From IMG/VR virus record IMGVR_UViG_3300042940_001453, positions 62,001-126,000 of that record: DNA of 64,000 bases; one strand, written 5' to 3'. The notes below the pieces were generated by a model. The model did no database searches, was not told the DNA's origin, and was given only the letters and a program-made list of their open reading frames with translations. Position 1 is the stretch's first letter; every line of letters begins with the position of its first letter. The DNA comes from an uncultured virus (IMG/VR IMGVR_UViG_3300042940_001453). Its lineage: Duplodnaviria; Heunggongvirae; Uroviricota; Caudoviricetes. Shown one piece after another: positions 8,504-18,274 of this stretch. The position numbers and the translations under genes were made by a program.

Positions 8504-8909
8504 TAGTGCCTTCTTGTGGTTTTGGATCAGTGTGTACTTGGTCGGCAATTTCAAAATAACGTTCCAATCTCATACCAACTTGTTCATACAACATTTCAAG
8601 TTGTTTTTCAATTTCTTTCATTTTGTTGGCTTCTTCATACATTTTGGCAGCGTCTCTTTTGATTTCTTTCATATCACGTTCAACCATTTTGGCTTGCATC
8701 CAGTCGCCACATTCTTTAATTGCGTAGCGTTCTGCTAGATTAACAGCCTCCATAATTTTTTGTGCAGTTTCATATACACAATCGGCTTTTAATCCCTTGC
8801 GATATTCATTATAGGATCTAATAGCACCAACCATTTTTGACTTTTCTTCTTTGGTAAGTGGACTATAAGCTACTTCAGTGGAATTTTCTAGTAAATGTTT
8901 TAATTTCAT
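8478..8909 (-). CDS. Hypothetical helical head-cluster protein
   Basis: 143-aa coiled-coil ORF starting MKLKHLLE; TATTTATA 4 nt upstream; adjacent to the protease gene. Confidence 0.75.
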   Translation of the reverse strand: MKLKHLLENSTEVAYSPLTKEEKSKMVGAIRSYNEYRKGLKADCVYETAQKIMEAVNLAERYAIKECGDWMQAKMVERDMKEIKRDAAKMYEEANKMKEIEKQLEMLYEQVGMRLERYFEIADQVHTDPKPQEGTINSSVSNQ

Positions 8910-8921
8910 ACTTTATAAATA

Positions 8922-9524
8922 TTATAATTCTGATAGAATGTTGTGAATAATTCTTTCTACATTACCGTATGGGTTGACAATTGTTCTTTGTTCTACACTT
9001 TCATTGATTTTGCCTTGAGGATACATAAAGGCACCTTGTGTACTAGGATTGCTTACAAAGTCAAATGCGATCAAATCAAAATCGTCTTGTACAATGTCGG
9101 CACCTTCTCTCATATCTTTTTTAACACTGCCTAATCCTCTGCTGCTAATACCTAATAAAATTCCAGATTGCAATAAATCTCTAAGAATATTACCACTTGG
9201 TGTGGGCAGTATTTCAACTGTTCCAACCAAATCTTTGTCTTCCCAACCCATATCAACAATGTTGTGACTAACGTTCTTTAAGTTAACCACGCTGCTTTCT
9301 GGATGATCCAACTCACCCATAGCACGACGTTGTTTTACGAAGTTTTGCATATACTTTTCAGCTTCACGCTTTAGTACATCTTCTGGGTACACTCTTCCAT
9401 TTTGATTCTTTGCATCCGCACGTTGTAATACGCCGGTTACGTATAGTTTTCCATCTTTAAGAGATTCATTTAAAGATGTCTTTTTAAATTCAAATGGTAA
9501 TATGTCTATCAATACTTGTTTCAT
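8922..9524 (-). CDS. Prohead maturation protease (T4 gp21-like)
   Basis: NQNGRVYP, GELDHP (His), TPSG, GISSRGLGS (Ser), FDFVSNPST. Start refined to ATG 9524 (MKQVLID). Confidence 0.93.
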   Translation of the reverse strand: MKQVLIDILPFEFKKTSLNESLKDGKLYVTGVLQRADAKNQNGRVYPEDVLKREAEKYMQNFVKQRRAMGELDHPESSVVNLKNVSHNIVDMGWEDKDLVGTVEILPTPSGNILRDLLQSGILLGISSRGLGSVKKDMREGADIVQDDFDLIAFDFVSNPSTQGAFMYPQGKINESVEQRTIVNPYGNVERIIHNILSEL

Positions 9525-9531
9525 ATATGTG

Positions 9532-10524
9532 TTAAGCTTTAGGTTGTGTTGTTCCTGGTTGTTTTGATTGATCTGGTTGATTTGCAACAGTTGCGTCTTG
9601 CTTATCTGCGGTTATTGTGTTTTGTGGAACAACATTTTGTTGACTTTGAGGGTCAACCAATGCTTTTGATTTAGCAACTTGATATTGATCTTTTGGTTTC
9701 AAATTATCAGCATTACCTAAAATTTTAAGTTTAAATCCTGGCTTGATGAAAAATTTAGCTACTTTTTGTTTATTTTCTTCACGACCAATTATTATAATAA
9801 CGTATCTGTCGTAGTAATAATCAATAGCAACACCAGTTACATTTATAGTATAATCTGTCTCAGGTTGTTTATATCCTTTACTGGCTCTAACTACGATTTT
9901 CTTACCTAAAATTTTGTCTTGGATTGTTTTTTGTAGATTGTTCTTTAATGCCTCGGTTGAACCTTTTAACTTGGTATCAAATGCTGTAAAATCAGGCAAT
10001 ACATCATATGTTTTTAAATCTACAGATGGTGAAGGTTCGGCTTGCTTTGGTTGTTGAGTTGGAGGTTGAGCAGGTGACGGTTGTGGAACAGAAGCTTTCT
10101 GACCTTCTTGTTCATATTTTAAACCATTAAAACCTTCAGTAAATGGTAAACTTCCTTGTTTATAACCAATCAAATTTGGATCTAAATTTGGATCATTATG
10201 TTGAACCAATCCATTTTTATCTGTATATGTATCTCCCAATTCAATTGATTGAGCAGGAGTACTATATGCTGGTTCACTATACATTTGATTTTCCAACTTA
10301 TAATTAGGACTTCTTTTAATTGGCTTAGCTAATTTATATCCCAATTGTGTGTATGTATCTGGTCTTGCTCCTCTTTTGGAAAAAGCAAATGGAGTTCTTG
10401 CAGCGTCACCACCAACAGCAACTGGACCAGAAGCAACAGGTGCGGTACCTGTTGTACTAGCTTCATTTTTAACCTTTAGGTTGGTTAAAATCTTTTTAAT
10501 CTTTTGTTTAAGATTTTGCTTCAT
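9532..10524 (-). CDS. Hypothetical head-cluster protein
   Basis: About 330-aa ORF between portal-linked gene and protease; NEASTTG...TPFAFSK N-terminal segment and Pro/Gln-rich linkers. Start uncertain (10524 or 10533). Confidence 0.7.
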   Translation of the reverse strand: MKQNLKQKIKKILTNLKVKNEASTTGTAPVASGPVAVGGDAARTPFAFSKRGARPDTYTQLGYKLAKPIKRSPNYKLENQMYSEPAYSTPAQSIELGDTYTDKNGLVQHNDPNLDPNLIGYKQGSLPFTEGFNGLKYEQEGQKASVPQPSPAQPPTQQPKQAEPSPSVDLKTYDVLPDFTAFDTKLKGSTEALKNNLQKTIQDKILGKKIVVRASKGYKQPETDYTINVTGVAIDYYYDRYVIIIIGREENKQKVAKFFIKPGFKLKILGNADNLKPKDQYQVAKSKALVDPQSQQNVVPQNTITADKQDATVANQPDQSKQPGTTQPKA

Positions 10525-11386
10525 TTTTGACATCAATCTTTTTAATTTCTTCTATCAATTCGTATACATTTAACAATGAAGTCAATTGATTTTCTTTAAT
10601 TACGCCAACACAAGATTTTGTTGAAAACTGACTAATAACTTCATTTATTTTAATTTTAACCACTTCAGAGGTAACATTCTTCACTTGATCTTTTAATACT
10701 CCACTTATTCTCTTGTACTCTTCGTTGACGTATTTTGTAAATTTACTGGAGTTGGAAACATTAGTAATATATTCTTTTAGAAGTTTCTTTTGATCTGGCA
10801 AAAGATTGTTGTATTTGGTATTGAAGTTTTCAATCAAGAATTTATAGGCCAACAATCTAACTTCAGCACTTTGATTTCCATAAACATCCATCATTTCTTG
10901 TTCTGACTTCTTTTCTTTTGTTAAGCTCTCAACAATATATTCTCTTGATTCTAACAATTCAGATACATCAAACTTGACTTCACTTTTATCTTGATCTTCA
11001 AATAATTTGTATATAGAGGCGTATAACTTATAATTTGGAATTTTATTTTTCAAAAATTCGTCTATATTATACTTCTCTTTTATTTCTTTAATTATGTTGT
11101 ACTTTTGCTTGTTCAATTCGCGTTCATCTAGTTTGGAACGTGTTTGCAAAACAACATTCAAAAGACGTTCAGCGGAAGAAGCATCTTTGCTTTTTTGTTG
11201 TAGGATGAAATTGTAAAGTTGCACTTCTTTTCCTAGTTCTTTGCTTTCGTGAAAATACTTGAACATCAGATTTTTGGTAAATGATTCATCTCTCCCCGCT
11301 AGAATGTCGGCTGTTATTTGTCTAGTGAGTAGTTCAAACAATATTCCAGCATTCTTGAATTTCGAATGTTTTGCTTTCTTGTGCAT
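10508..11386 (-). CDS. Hypothetical helical protein downstream of portal
   Basis: 292-aa ORF (KHSKFKNAGILFELLTRQITAD...); TATTTATA at 11410-11403. Confidence 0.8.
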   Translation of the reverse strand: MHKKAKHSKFKNAGILFELLTRQITADILAGRDESFTKNLMFKYFHESKELGKEVQLYNFILQQKSKDASSAERLLNVVLQTRSKLDERELNKQKYNIIKEIKEKYNIDEFLKNKIPNYKLYASIYKLFEDQDKSEVKFDVSELLESREYIVESLTKEKKSEQEMMDVYGNQSAEVRLLAYKFLIENFNTKYNNLLPDQKKLLKEYITNVSNSSKFTKYVNEEYKRISGVLKDQVKNVTSEVVKIKINEVISQFSTKSCVGVIKENQLTSLLNVYELIEEIKKIDVKNEAKS

Positions 11387-11442
11387 ATTATTTATTATTA
11401 TTTATAAATATAATCAATGTGGTTAAATATGTAGGAATTATA

Positions 11443-13344
11443 CTATTCTTTTATATTTTGTTCATCCATAAAAGATTTTTTACTTCCCTCTCGTAATATT
11501 TCTTTTTCTTGGTCTAAAGTTTTTAGTACATCGGTCAATCCTTTAATAGATTCTAGTGATAGCGGAGACTTGTTTTTATACTTGTGCGTCACAGACAAAT
11601 CACTACGTCTATTGTTTTCTAATGTACCCAATGGATCTTCGCCAAATCGATAATCACGTGCATCTTTTCTACCAGTTTGATCACGTTCTGCTAATTTTGG
11701 GGGTGTTGATTTTTCCCCACCAGTTTCACCACCTTTTGGTTCGCCTCCACCTGGCGGTTCTCCGCCTGGCTCACCGCCAGCTGGCTCGGCGCCGCCTGGT
11801 TCACCACCTGGCCCACCACCGGATCCACCGGCTCCTTCTTTATCGTCCTTGTTTAAGAATGATAATGCTGGATCATTGCCTTCTTCTTCGATTTGTTTAA
11901 ATCTATATGTACCTTTAGCATCATCGATAAGTTGTTTTTGCAACTCAATCATATCTTGATCTGATAAACCAAAAATATTTTCATAGATCCACTTCTTAGA
12001 AAATACTTTTTGTTCTTGCATATCTTTGGAGAGCTCGACTTTGCTTTTATATACGTCGATCTTTTCTTTTTCAAAGATAGTAGATGGATTGGTCAATTCC
12101 AATGTAAAATCGACCAACGATTCATCTCTATATCCTTGTGAATATAAATGAATAACCGCAATCTTATTTAACTCACTTACAATAATACGTTGAATACGTT
12201 GAACAGTTCTAGCAAAACGTATATCTTCAGCTGCCAATGTAGCTTTACCGCTTAGACTTTCATCATAACCTAAAAATGCTTTGGGAATCTTAAGCGCTGC
12301 CATCATTTTGTTACGCAGATATTCAATATCATCAGTACCTGTCCATTCTAGACCAGACAAGTTTTCGATACTTGTACCACTATCACTACCACGAACTGGC
12401 AAGAAAAAGTCTTCTACCATGTTCTGCAAATTGAATCTTAAATTGTAGTCGCCTGTTTGTTGATCCAAATATGGTACTTTTTTCATTTGATCCATAATGC
12501 GTTGCATATGGTTATCAACTTCATTTGGAGGAATATTACCGATGTCAACCTTGAAAATACGTTTTTCAGGAGCACGCATAATACGATGAATTAACATTGC
12601 GTCTTCCATCAAACTCAATTGTTTCCATACGCGACGAGCACCTTCTAAAGAACTTTTTCCGTATGGCAAAAAGTTACTATCACTCAACAAACGAAAATGT
12701 GCAATTTGATAATTTTCCAGATCTTCTAGTTTATTACCATATGGAAGGTTGACTTGGAACTTAACAAAATTCTTATTTGATAAATGTGCGTTTTCTACAC
12801 GGGTTACATAATAAGTGCTCAATGGTTCTACCAAATAAACACCATATTCAGGGCTAATATGTAAACGTAGATAAAAATCTCCGTATTTGACCATACAACG
12901 AGTCCAACTCCAAAGATTGAATTCGATGTTTAAAATGTCATAAAACAAATTGTGTAGAATTTGCTTGATTTCATCGTTGGATGATTTGATATGAATTACT
13001 TCACCCATTTCATTTCTAGTTGTACATTCATCTGCATAGATATCCAATGCAGATGCTAGAATTGGATCCATATCCATTGTATCATAATCACGAAATAGTT
13101 CTACACGACTACTTTGATATGATAAATTGAAATCTCTTGTGTATTGATTATATGAAGTGGTGCGTAATCTATTAAAACGATCTCTTAAACTATTACGATC
13201 TGTAGCATACTGAATTTCGTCAGTATCAATTACTTTTAATTTTTTACCACCGATATTACGAACAATTACATCATTTGAAAACAAACGTTTCAAACGTGCA
13301 AATAATGAACGATTGCGTAATTCTTGAAAAGATTTATCTGCCAT
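11443..13344 (-). CDS. Portal protein (T4 gp20-like)
   Basis: YGKSSLE, LMEDAMLIHRIMRAPEKRIFKVDIGN, EDFFLPVRG, DIEYLRNKMMAALKIP, EDIRFARTVQRIQ; Gly/Pro/Glu-rich C-terminal linker. Confidence 0.95.
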   Translation of the reverse strand: MADKSFQELRNRSLFARLKRLFSNDVIVRNIGGKKLKVIDTDEIQYATDRNSLRDRFNRLRTTSYNQYTRDFNLSYQSSRVELFRDYDTMDMDPILASALDIYADECTTRNEMGEVIHIKSSNDEIKQILHNLFYDILNIEFNLWSWTRCMVKYGDFYLRLHISPEYGVYLVEPLSTYYVTRVENAHLSNKNFVKFQVNLPYGNKLEDLENYQIAHFRLLSDSNFLPYGKSSLEGARRVWKQLSLMEDAMLIHRIMRAPEKRIFKVDIGNIPPNEVDNHMQRIMDQMKKVPYLDQQTGDYNLRFNLQNMVEDFFLPVRGSDSGTSIENLSGLEWTGTDDIEYLRNKMMAALKIPKAFLGYDESLSGKATLAAEDIRFARTVQRIQRIIVSELNKIAVIHLYSQGYRDESLVDFTLELTNPSTIFEKEKIDVYKSKVELSKDMQEQKVFSKKWIYENIFGLSDQDMIELQKQLIDDAKGTYRFKQIEEEGNDPALSFLNKDDKEGAGGSGGGPGGEPGGAEPAGGEPGGEPPGGGEPKGGETGGEKSTPPKLAERDQTGRKDARDYRFGEDPLGTLENNRRSDLSVTHKYKNKSPLSLESIKGLTDVLKTLDQEKEILREGSKKSFMDEQNIKE

Positions 13345-13365
13345 ATTATTCTAGTATATAAGTAT

Positions 13366-14955
13366 TTACAACAACCAAGTTAAACTTTCTTTTTTGTCAT
13401 TTACAGTAAATTCCATCGTCTTTTGATGATCAGGTACAGTGCTTACTTGTTTTGGCACAGTTATTTGACTTGTTACTTTTGATATTTTAGAAACCATTGC
13501 TTTATTATAAGCTATTTGTTCGTTTCTAAGTTTTAAAGCTGTTTCACGAATCCACAATCCAATGCCTAGTGACATAACTAAATCATCATTATATCCCTTC
13601 ATAGCCTCAGCTTTAGCTCCATTCCATATAAACACATTCAATTCCTCATAAAGTCTTTTAGACTTGATTATAACACCTTTTTCTCTAAAAAAGTTTTCTA
13701 GTTTACTAATGATTAATGGTCTATTTTTACTAGTGGTTGTAAATCCGGCCACTAATTTTTTGTCCGCCGAATTTAATTTATTAGTATATGTTTTTTCCAC
13801 ATCTATAACAGTTAAATCAGCTGCACTATAAAATGTATTTTGATAATCTCTATCTATAATTTGTTGAAGTGTAGCCCAACCCACGTTATTGTTTTCCACG
13901 ACTAATAACGCATTATTATATTCAGTTGCAACACTTACCAACAAGTTTCCATAATCCTTGGTAGTTAATTGTCCTTTATATTCCGCAACTTGTTCCAATG
14001 TTTCTATGTCAAAGATATGAAATGCGCTATAATCTGCTCCATCTCCTCTCGCACAGTCGGCCGTTAATATGTAATTTTTACTATAATTTGGATAATCCCA
14101 TATCCAAAAATCTTGATTATTACCACGTTTTTCAATTGGATCTTTAATATAAGTTTGTTTATAAAACTCTAAAATATCAATACTCACAACTTGATTACCA
14201 GATGTACTAAAATCACAATCACATTCTTGCGCTGCACCTTTTACACCTGACAATTCTGTTTGTTTATCTCTCCAAGCTTGATCTCTTTCTGGATGTAGAT
14301 GCCATGGTAATCGTATTGTTTTAAAGTTGTTCTTACCTTCTTCAGCTTCTACCCACGTTTTATGAAAGAAATTACCAACACCATTTGGCGTACTTAATAT
14401 AATAGCTCTACCACCAGTAGACAGTGTATATTGTGATGACAACCAAATTTCTTCAATACCGTCAATAAATGCAGCTTCGTCAATGATTAGTAAAGATAGT
14501 GCGGATGATCGACCAGCGGTACCAGCAGATGATACTGCTTTGATTTGCGATCCATTTTTTAGACGTAATGAAAGACGATTGTCTTCTACACAGGGAACTT
14601 TTAACCAAGACGGCAAGTTATCATTAGCAAATCTAACTTTGGTAACGATTTCTTTTGCGGTTTCTTGAGTAATACTAATACAAAGAATATTCTTATCGTT
14701 ATGGAATGTCATTAACCACAAACTATAAGCTGCTGTAAGAGTACTAATACCCATCTGACGACTTTTTAATACAATATTAAGACTATTATCTACGAAGTCT
14801 GATAGAGTTGTCTCTTGAAAAGGAAACAATTCAAAGTTACAAGTACCACGAATAGGATGTTGGATCTTAACATACTTTTTCATAAAGTATATTGGATCCT
14901 CAATACACTTCTTATACTCTTGCTTTATTATTTCTCTTAGATTTGGCTGACTCAT
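13366..14955 (-). CDS. terL: Terminase large subunit (T4 gp17-like)
   Basis: Walker A KSRQMGIST, Walker B LLIIDEAAF, STPNG, nuclease domain with ADCARGDG and DDLVMS. Confidence 0.95.
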   Translation of the reverse strand: MSQPNLREIIKQEYKKCIEDPIYFMKKYVKIQHPIRGTCNFELFPFQETTLSDFVDNSLNIVLKSRQMGISTLTAAYSLWLMTFHNDKNILCISITQETAKEIVTKVRFANDNLPSWLKVPCVEDNRLSLRLKNGSQIKAVSSAGTAGRSSALSLLIIDEAAFIDGIEEIWLSSQYTLSTGGRAIILSTPNGVGNFFHKTWVEAEEGKNNFKTIRLPWHLHPERDQAWRDKQTELSGVKGAAQECDCDFSTSGNQVVSIDILEFYKQTYIKDPIEKRGNNQDFWIWDYPNYSKNYILTADCARGDGADYSAFHIFDIETLEQVAEYKGQLTTKDYGNLLVSVATEYNNALLVVENNNVGWATLQQIIDRDYQNTFYSAADLTVIDVEKTYTNKLNSADKKLVAGFTTTSKNRPLIISKLENFFREKGVIIKSKRLYEELNVFIWNGAKAEAMKGYNDDLVMSLGIGLWIRETALKLRNEQIAYNKAMVSKISKVTSQITVPKQVSTVPDHQKTMEFTVNDKKESLTWLL

Positions 14956-15559
14956 ACTTTTCTTCGTAATCTTTTATCTTAGCGTTTAGTTCTTCTAAAC
15001 GTTTATAGAGTAGTTCTAAATCTTTATTTAGATCCTCTAGTATTTTATTATAATCTTGAATGCCTTCCCATCTTTCAAATGAACCATCTTCTTCTAAGAA
15101 TTCAACTGGTTTTCCTTGATTTTCTTCGCAGAACTTTTTACTTTCTTCAAACTTTTTCTTATAATCTTCCAAAATACTACGTTCATTTTTTAAATCCTGA
15201 AGTTCGTTATATACGTCGAACATTCCGATTAATTTAAGATTTGTTTGGAAATCAATAAAACAATCGTAGCAATATCCTGTTTTGGGCCAAACACGATCAT
15301 CTAAATAATTGCCCCAACGAACATCCATCTTACAACATTTACAACGTTGTTCATTGATAATCGTAGCGCGTTTTTGAACTCTACGTTTACTACCATTTTT
15401 CCAAACCCATTTACGTCCTTGACCATCCTCCCACTCTTCACCTTCTTTACGGGTTGAATTTTCCAAATTAGAATCATATCCTACTTGGACGAATGGACGA
15501 ACGCCATCAACATAATCTTTAACAATATCAAGATTGCTTTTACCTAATGCTCTTTTCAT
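14912..15559 (-). CDS. Hypothetical Zn-finger/coiled-coil protein upstream of terminase
   Basis: CKCC and CYDC Cys pairs, RKEGEEWEDGQGRKW segment, C-terminal coiled coil. Confidence 0.75.
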   Translation of the reverse strand: MKRALGKSNLDIVKDYVDGVRPFVQVGYDSNLENSTRKEGEEWEDGQGRKWVWKNGSKRRVQKRATIINEQRCKCCKMDVRWGNYLDDRVWPKTGYCYDCFIDFQTNLKLIGMFDVYNELQDLKNERSILEDYKKKFEESKKFCEENQGKPVEFLEEDGSFERWEGIQDYNKILEDLNKDLELLYKRLEELNAKIKDYEEKYESAKSKRNNKARV

Positions 15560-15577
15560 AACAAATATGTATTTATT

Positions 15578-16612
15578 TTATTTCTTAAACTTACTTTCCA
15601 AACCTTTTATAATAAAACTTCCTGTAATTTTGAAAGGATTGTTATAAATATTTGGATCTCTAACCACGATTCCTTCATGTTTATCTAAGTCACCAATCTC
15701 ACTAGTAGCATTCTTTAATACTTCATCTCCTAATTTGATAGTGGTTAAATAAACAATGGTATCATTTATAATCTTTTGAACGTCTTGACCGGCAAAATCT
15801 TGCGTAATATTTTTGCTGTTTGAAGCATTAATAAATTGTTCACGGGTGATAAGTGGAAGATCGATTTTTACATTTTTTAACCAGTCTTTTAATGACTTGG
15901 TTTCAGCAACTTCTGTAGGATATAATGTTACTGGTTCTCTCAATACTTTGGCCAAATTTGGATCCGATTTAAATGATGTACCAACGCTGCCTAGTACTTT
16001 GAATCCATACTTCATTGCAACCTTATTTAATTTATTGATGTAGGACTGCATTGCCGCTTTATCATACGGTATTTCAACAGCAACACGGGATTTTACACTA
16101 CCATCCTTACCAAATGTCTTTGGTTTGATCTCTTTTAAGCCATGAATTGCTAAAAAGTTTCCAATATCACCATAACCAACTACGTTTGTTGTACCTTCTA
16201 CATATTCAATATTAAACAATATATTTGGATTGTTCAACAAGCCCAACTTTTTTAATTCGGATTTGGTACTTGGAATCGCTTCATCGAAAATATTGATTAC
16301 TTTAGTTCCAATATTAATAAATCCATGACCTGGTTCAAATCTATTTGGCAAATCTTCGGGTCTCATGCCCTTAATATCAAGTGGTTTTGCTGATCCACGA
16401 TCCATTACAAATTGGCTGTTTATCATACGGATACTTGCATTAACACCGTCAATCTTTACACTACCGGCGCCTTGCTTCAGAGACTTTACTGCTTTCGCAA
16501 ATACACCTACCAATTTAGCGCCAGTATTTACAAAATCAAATGGATGTGCCATATGTCCACCTGCGCCGCCTTCTTGTATTACCTCACTTAAAATGTTATT
16601 TAGTCTTATCAT
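15578..16612 (-). CDS. Putative ATP-dependent ligase/nucleotidyltransferase-fold protein
   Basis: Motif I-like KIDGVN, motif IV-like HEGIVVRD and motif V-like FKITG; N-terminal EGGAGGHMAHPFD. Confidence 0.55.
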   Translation of the reverse strand: MIRLNNILSEVIQEGGAGGHMAHPFDFVNTGAKLVGVFAKAVKSLKQGAGSVKIDGVNASIRMINSQFVMDRGSAKPLDIKGMRPEDLPNRFEPGHGFINIGTKVINIFDEAIPSTKSELKKLGLLNNPNILFNIEYVEGTTNVVGYGDIGNFLAIHGLKEIKPKTFGKDGSVKSRVAVEIPYDKAAMQSYINKLNKVAMKYGFKVLGSVGTSFKSDPNLAKVLREPVTLYPTEVAETKSLKDWLKNVKIDLPLITREQFINASNSKNITQDFAGQDVQKIINDTIVYLTTIKLGDEVLKNATSEIGDLDKHEGIVVRDPNIYNNPFKITGSFIIKGLESKFKK

Positions 16613-17369
16613 ATGGTTTTAAAAATGTTTTATCAAATACAGTAATTGCTTTTTTGTAAGAACTCTTAGTTTCGTCTAAACTATTATTAGTAAATTGCCA
16701 ATTCCAAAATAATTGGTCTGGTGTTTTGAATCCAAAAAACTGAAGTACTTCTTTTTGTGTTTGTGTAACATCTTTGCCATTCCAATTTTGTCCAGTTGCA
16801 ATGAATCCTGAATCAATATTTTTAACAATATTACTTTCTCCCAACGTAGAATGTCTGTTTTCAATCCAAGTCAATCTTTCGATCAATTTTTGATAAAAAC
16901 CATTGGCTTGACCCCATCTCACACTAGCAAAAAATAAAACGGTATCACTTTCAAATAGCTCTTTACTTACTTTCCATAATTCATCGTTCTTATTATTAAT
17001 ACTAGCCCAACAACGATGTTCTCCTGTTGGGTTTTTTTCTTTATCTTTTAAAGATGAATCTTTTGTACCACAATGATTTCCCCATTTTGACGATACATTG
17101 CCCTCACACGGAACTATATTTAATTTGGTAGTATCTATCAATGATACTTTTTCTTTACCTAATAATTCTTGCATTTTAATTGCTAATTGTGTACTCTTAG
17201 CAATATCGTCTTTGTGACCACTCCATCTATTACTGGTAGTTAACAATAGTACTTTGTTCTTGGTACGTAAATAATCTATAGTCTTCTTGTATTTACGAGC
17301 ATAAAGATCCATATCTTGCTCGCTTTGAGGAAGTTTGGCTTCTAATAATAAATCGTTTAAACTAATCAT
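16596..17369 (-). CDS. Flavodoxin-fold protein (NAD(P)H-dependent FMN reductase/iron-sulfur flavoprotein-like)
   Basis: KVLLLTTSNR, LNIVPCEG, CWAS..DEL, SDTVLFFASVRWGQANGFYQKLIERL. Start refined to 17369 (MISLNDLLLE). Confidence 0.7.
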   Translation of the reverse strand: MISLNDLLLEAKLPQSEQDMDLYARKYKKTIDYLRTKNKVLLLTTSNRWSGHKDDIAKSTQLAIKMQELLGKEKVSLIDTTKLNIVPCEGNVSSKWGNHCGTKDSSLKDKEKNPTGEHRCWASINNKNDELWKVSKELFESDTVLFFASVRWGQANGFYQKLIERLTWIENRHSTLGESNIVKNIDSGFIATGQNWNGKDVTQTQKEVLQFFGFKTPDQLFWNWQFTNNSLDETKSSYKKAITVFDKTFLKPYDKTK

Positions 17370-17388
17370 TTTGATAATTGGTATAAAA

Positions 17389-17910
17389 TTATTTGTTTGT
17401 TTTTTTAACGCAGTTGGGATATTTTTTACCAAACAATGTTTTCATACCTTTTTGCGTATATCCCTTCCAACATTTCTCTTCTATATTATTTTCAACCACT
17501 CCATATCCAGAACCATATGGAGATGATTTACCAGATTCTGGATTGGATGTTTCTTTATTTAATTTTATTGTTTTTGCTTTTGAGGCCTCTTTACGTTGTA
17601 TAGCATAGTCTAAAGCACTTTTCAATCTGCTTTTAACATTTGGATCTTTAGCATTTTGATAAGCTGCTCTAACTCTCTGATGTATAAGATTTATAATTTG
17701 AGATTGTCTTTTGTGACTTTTTGATTTAAAACCACTACTAGCTAGTGTATCTTTAATGTCTTGGGATGTTTTAAATTTTACTCTAACCGTATCCTTCGGA
17801 TTTTCATCGGTATATAATCGTCTATCAGATCCTTTTGGCTTTTTACCAGTTCCAACTTTTGGATCAGACTCAGATAAAACTTCATTTAAAATGTCAGTTA
17901 AACTAATCAT
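17389..17910 (-). CDS. Hypothetical basic protein with repeated short modules
   Basis: MISLTDILNE leader; modules DPKVGTGKKPKGSDRRLYTDENP, ESGKSSPYGSGY and CWKGYTQKGMKTLFGKKYPNCVK separated by Glu-ending segments. Confidence 0.75.
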   Translation of the reverse strand: MISLTDILNEVLSESDPKVGTGKKPKGSDRRLYTDENPKDTVRVKFKTSQDIKDTLASSGFKSKSHKRQSQIINLIHQRVRAAYQNAKDPNVKSRLKSALDYAIQRKEASKAKTIKLNKETSNPESGKSSPYGSGYGVVENNIEEKCWKGYTQKGMKTLFGKKYPNCVKKTNK

Positions 17911-18197
17911 TTTGCTAACTCGTCTAGTTTATTTTGCATTGTCATACCACGAATGACTTCAGGTGTGCCGCCATTGTCTCTATTAAAATAACGTTTATAA
18001 TTGCTTAGTGCAACGTCTAATCTAGCCTTATCAATTGGTTCTTTTGATAAAATATCCTTTACCATTTTTAAGTTATTAACTACCAAAACATTTGTGTCAT
18101 CGATTACCTTGTCAATTAACTTTAAAAGAGATGGATCTACGGCGTTTTTAACTTGTGGGTTAGTTAAATCCTCAACGATTCGTGTTAATAGTATCAT
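17907..18197 (-). CDS. Hypothetical protein
   Basis: Start refined to 18197 (MILLTRIVED), 3 nt after TATTTATA (18208-18201). Confidence 0.7.
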   Translation of the reverse strand: MILLTRIVEDLTNPQVKNAVDPSLLKLIDKVIDDTNVLVVNNLKMVKDILSKEPIDKARLDVALSNYKRYFNRDNGGTPEVIRGMTMQNKLDELAK

Positions 18198-18220
18198 AAA
18201 TATAAATATACAGATCAAAC

Positions 18221-18250
18221 AAAAAACCCCGCTTATTTCTAAGCGGGGTT
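18221..18250 (-). terminator. Rho-independent terminator after tail sheath gene
   Basis: Minus strand AACCCCGCTTA-GAAA-TAAGCGGGGTT followed by TTTT. Confidence 0.9.
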
Positions 18251-18274
18251 CTGTTTAATTTTCTTTATCCTAGA

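Noticed and set aside
11700..11840. Local GC-rich patch as foreign DNA
   Set aside because: Explained by the Gly/Pro/Glu low-complexity linker in the portal C-terminus.
13366..14955. Intein or intron in terminase (also checked portal, primase, Mre11-Rad50)
   Set aside because: Lengths are normal and no intein splice motifs or LAGLIDADG blocks were visible.
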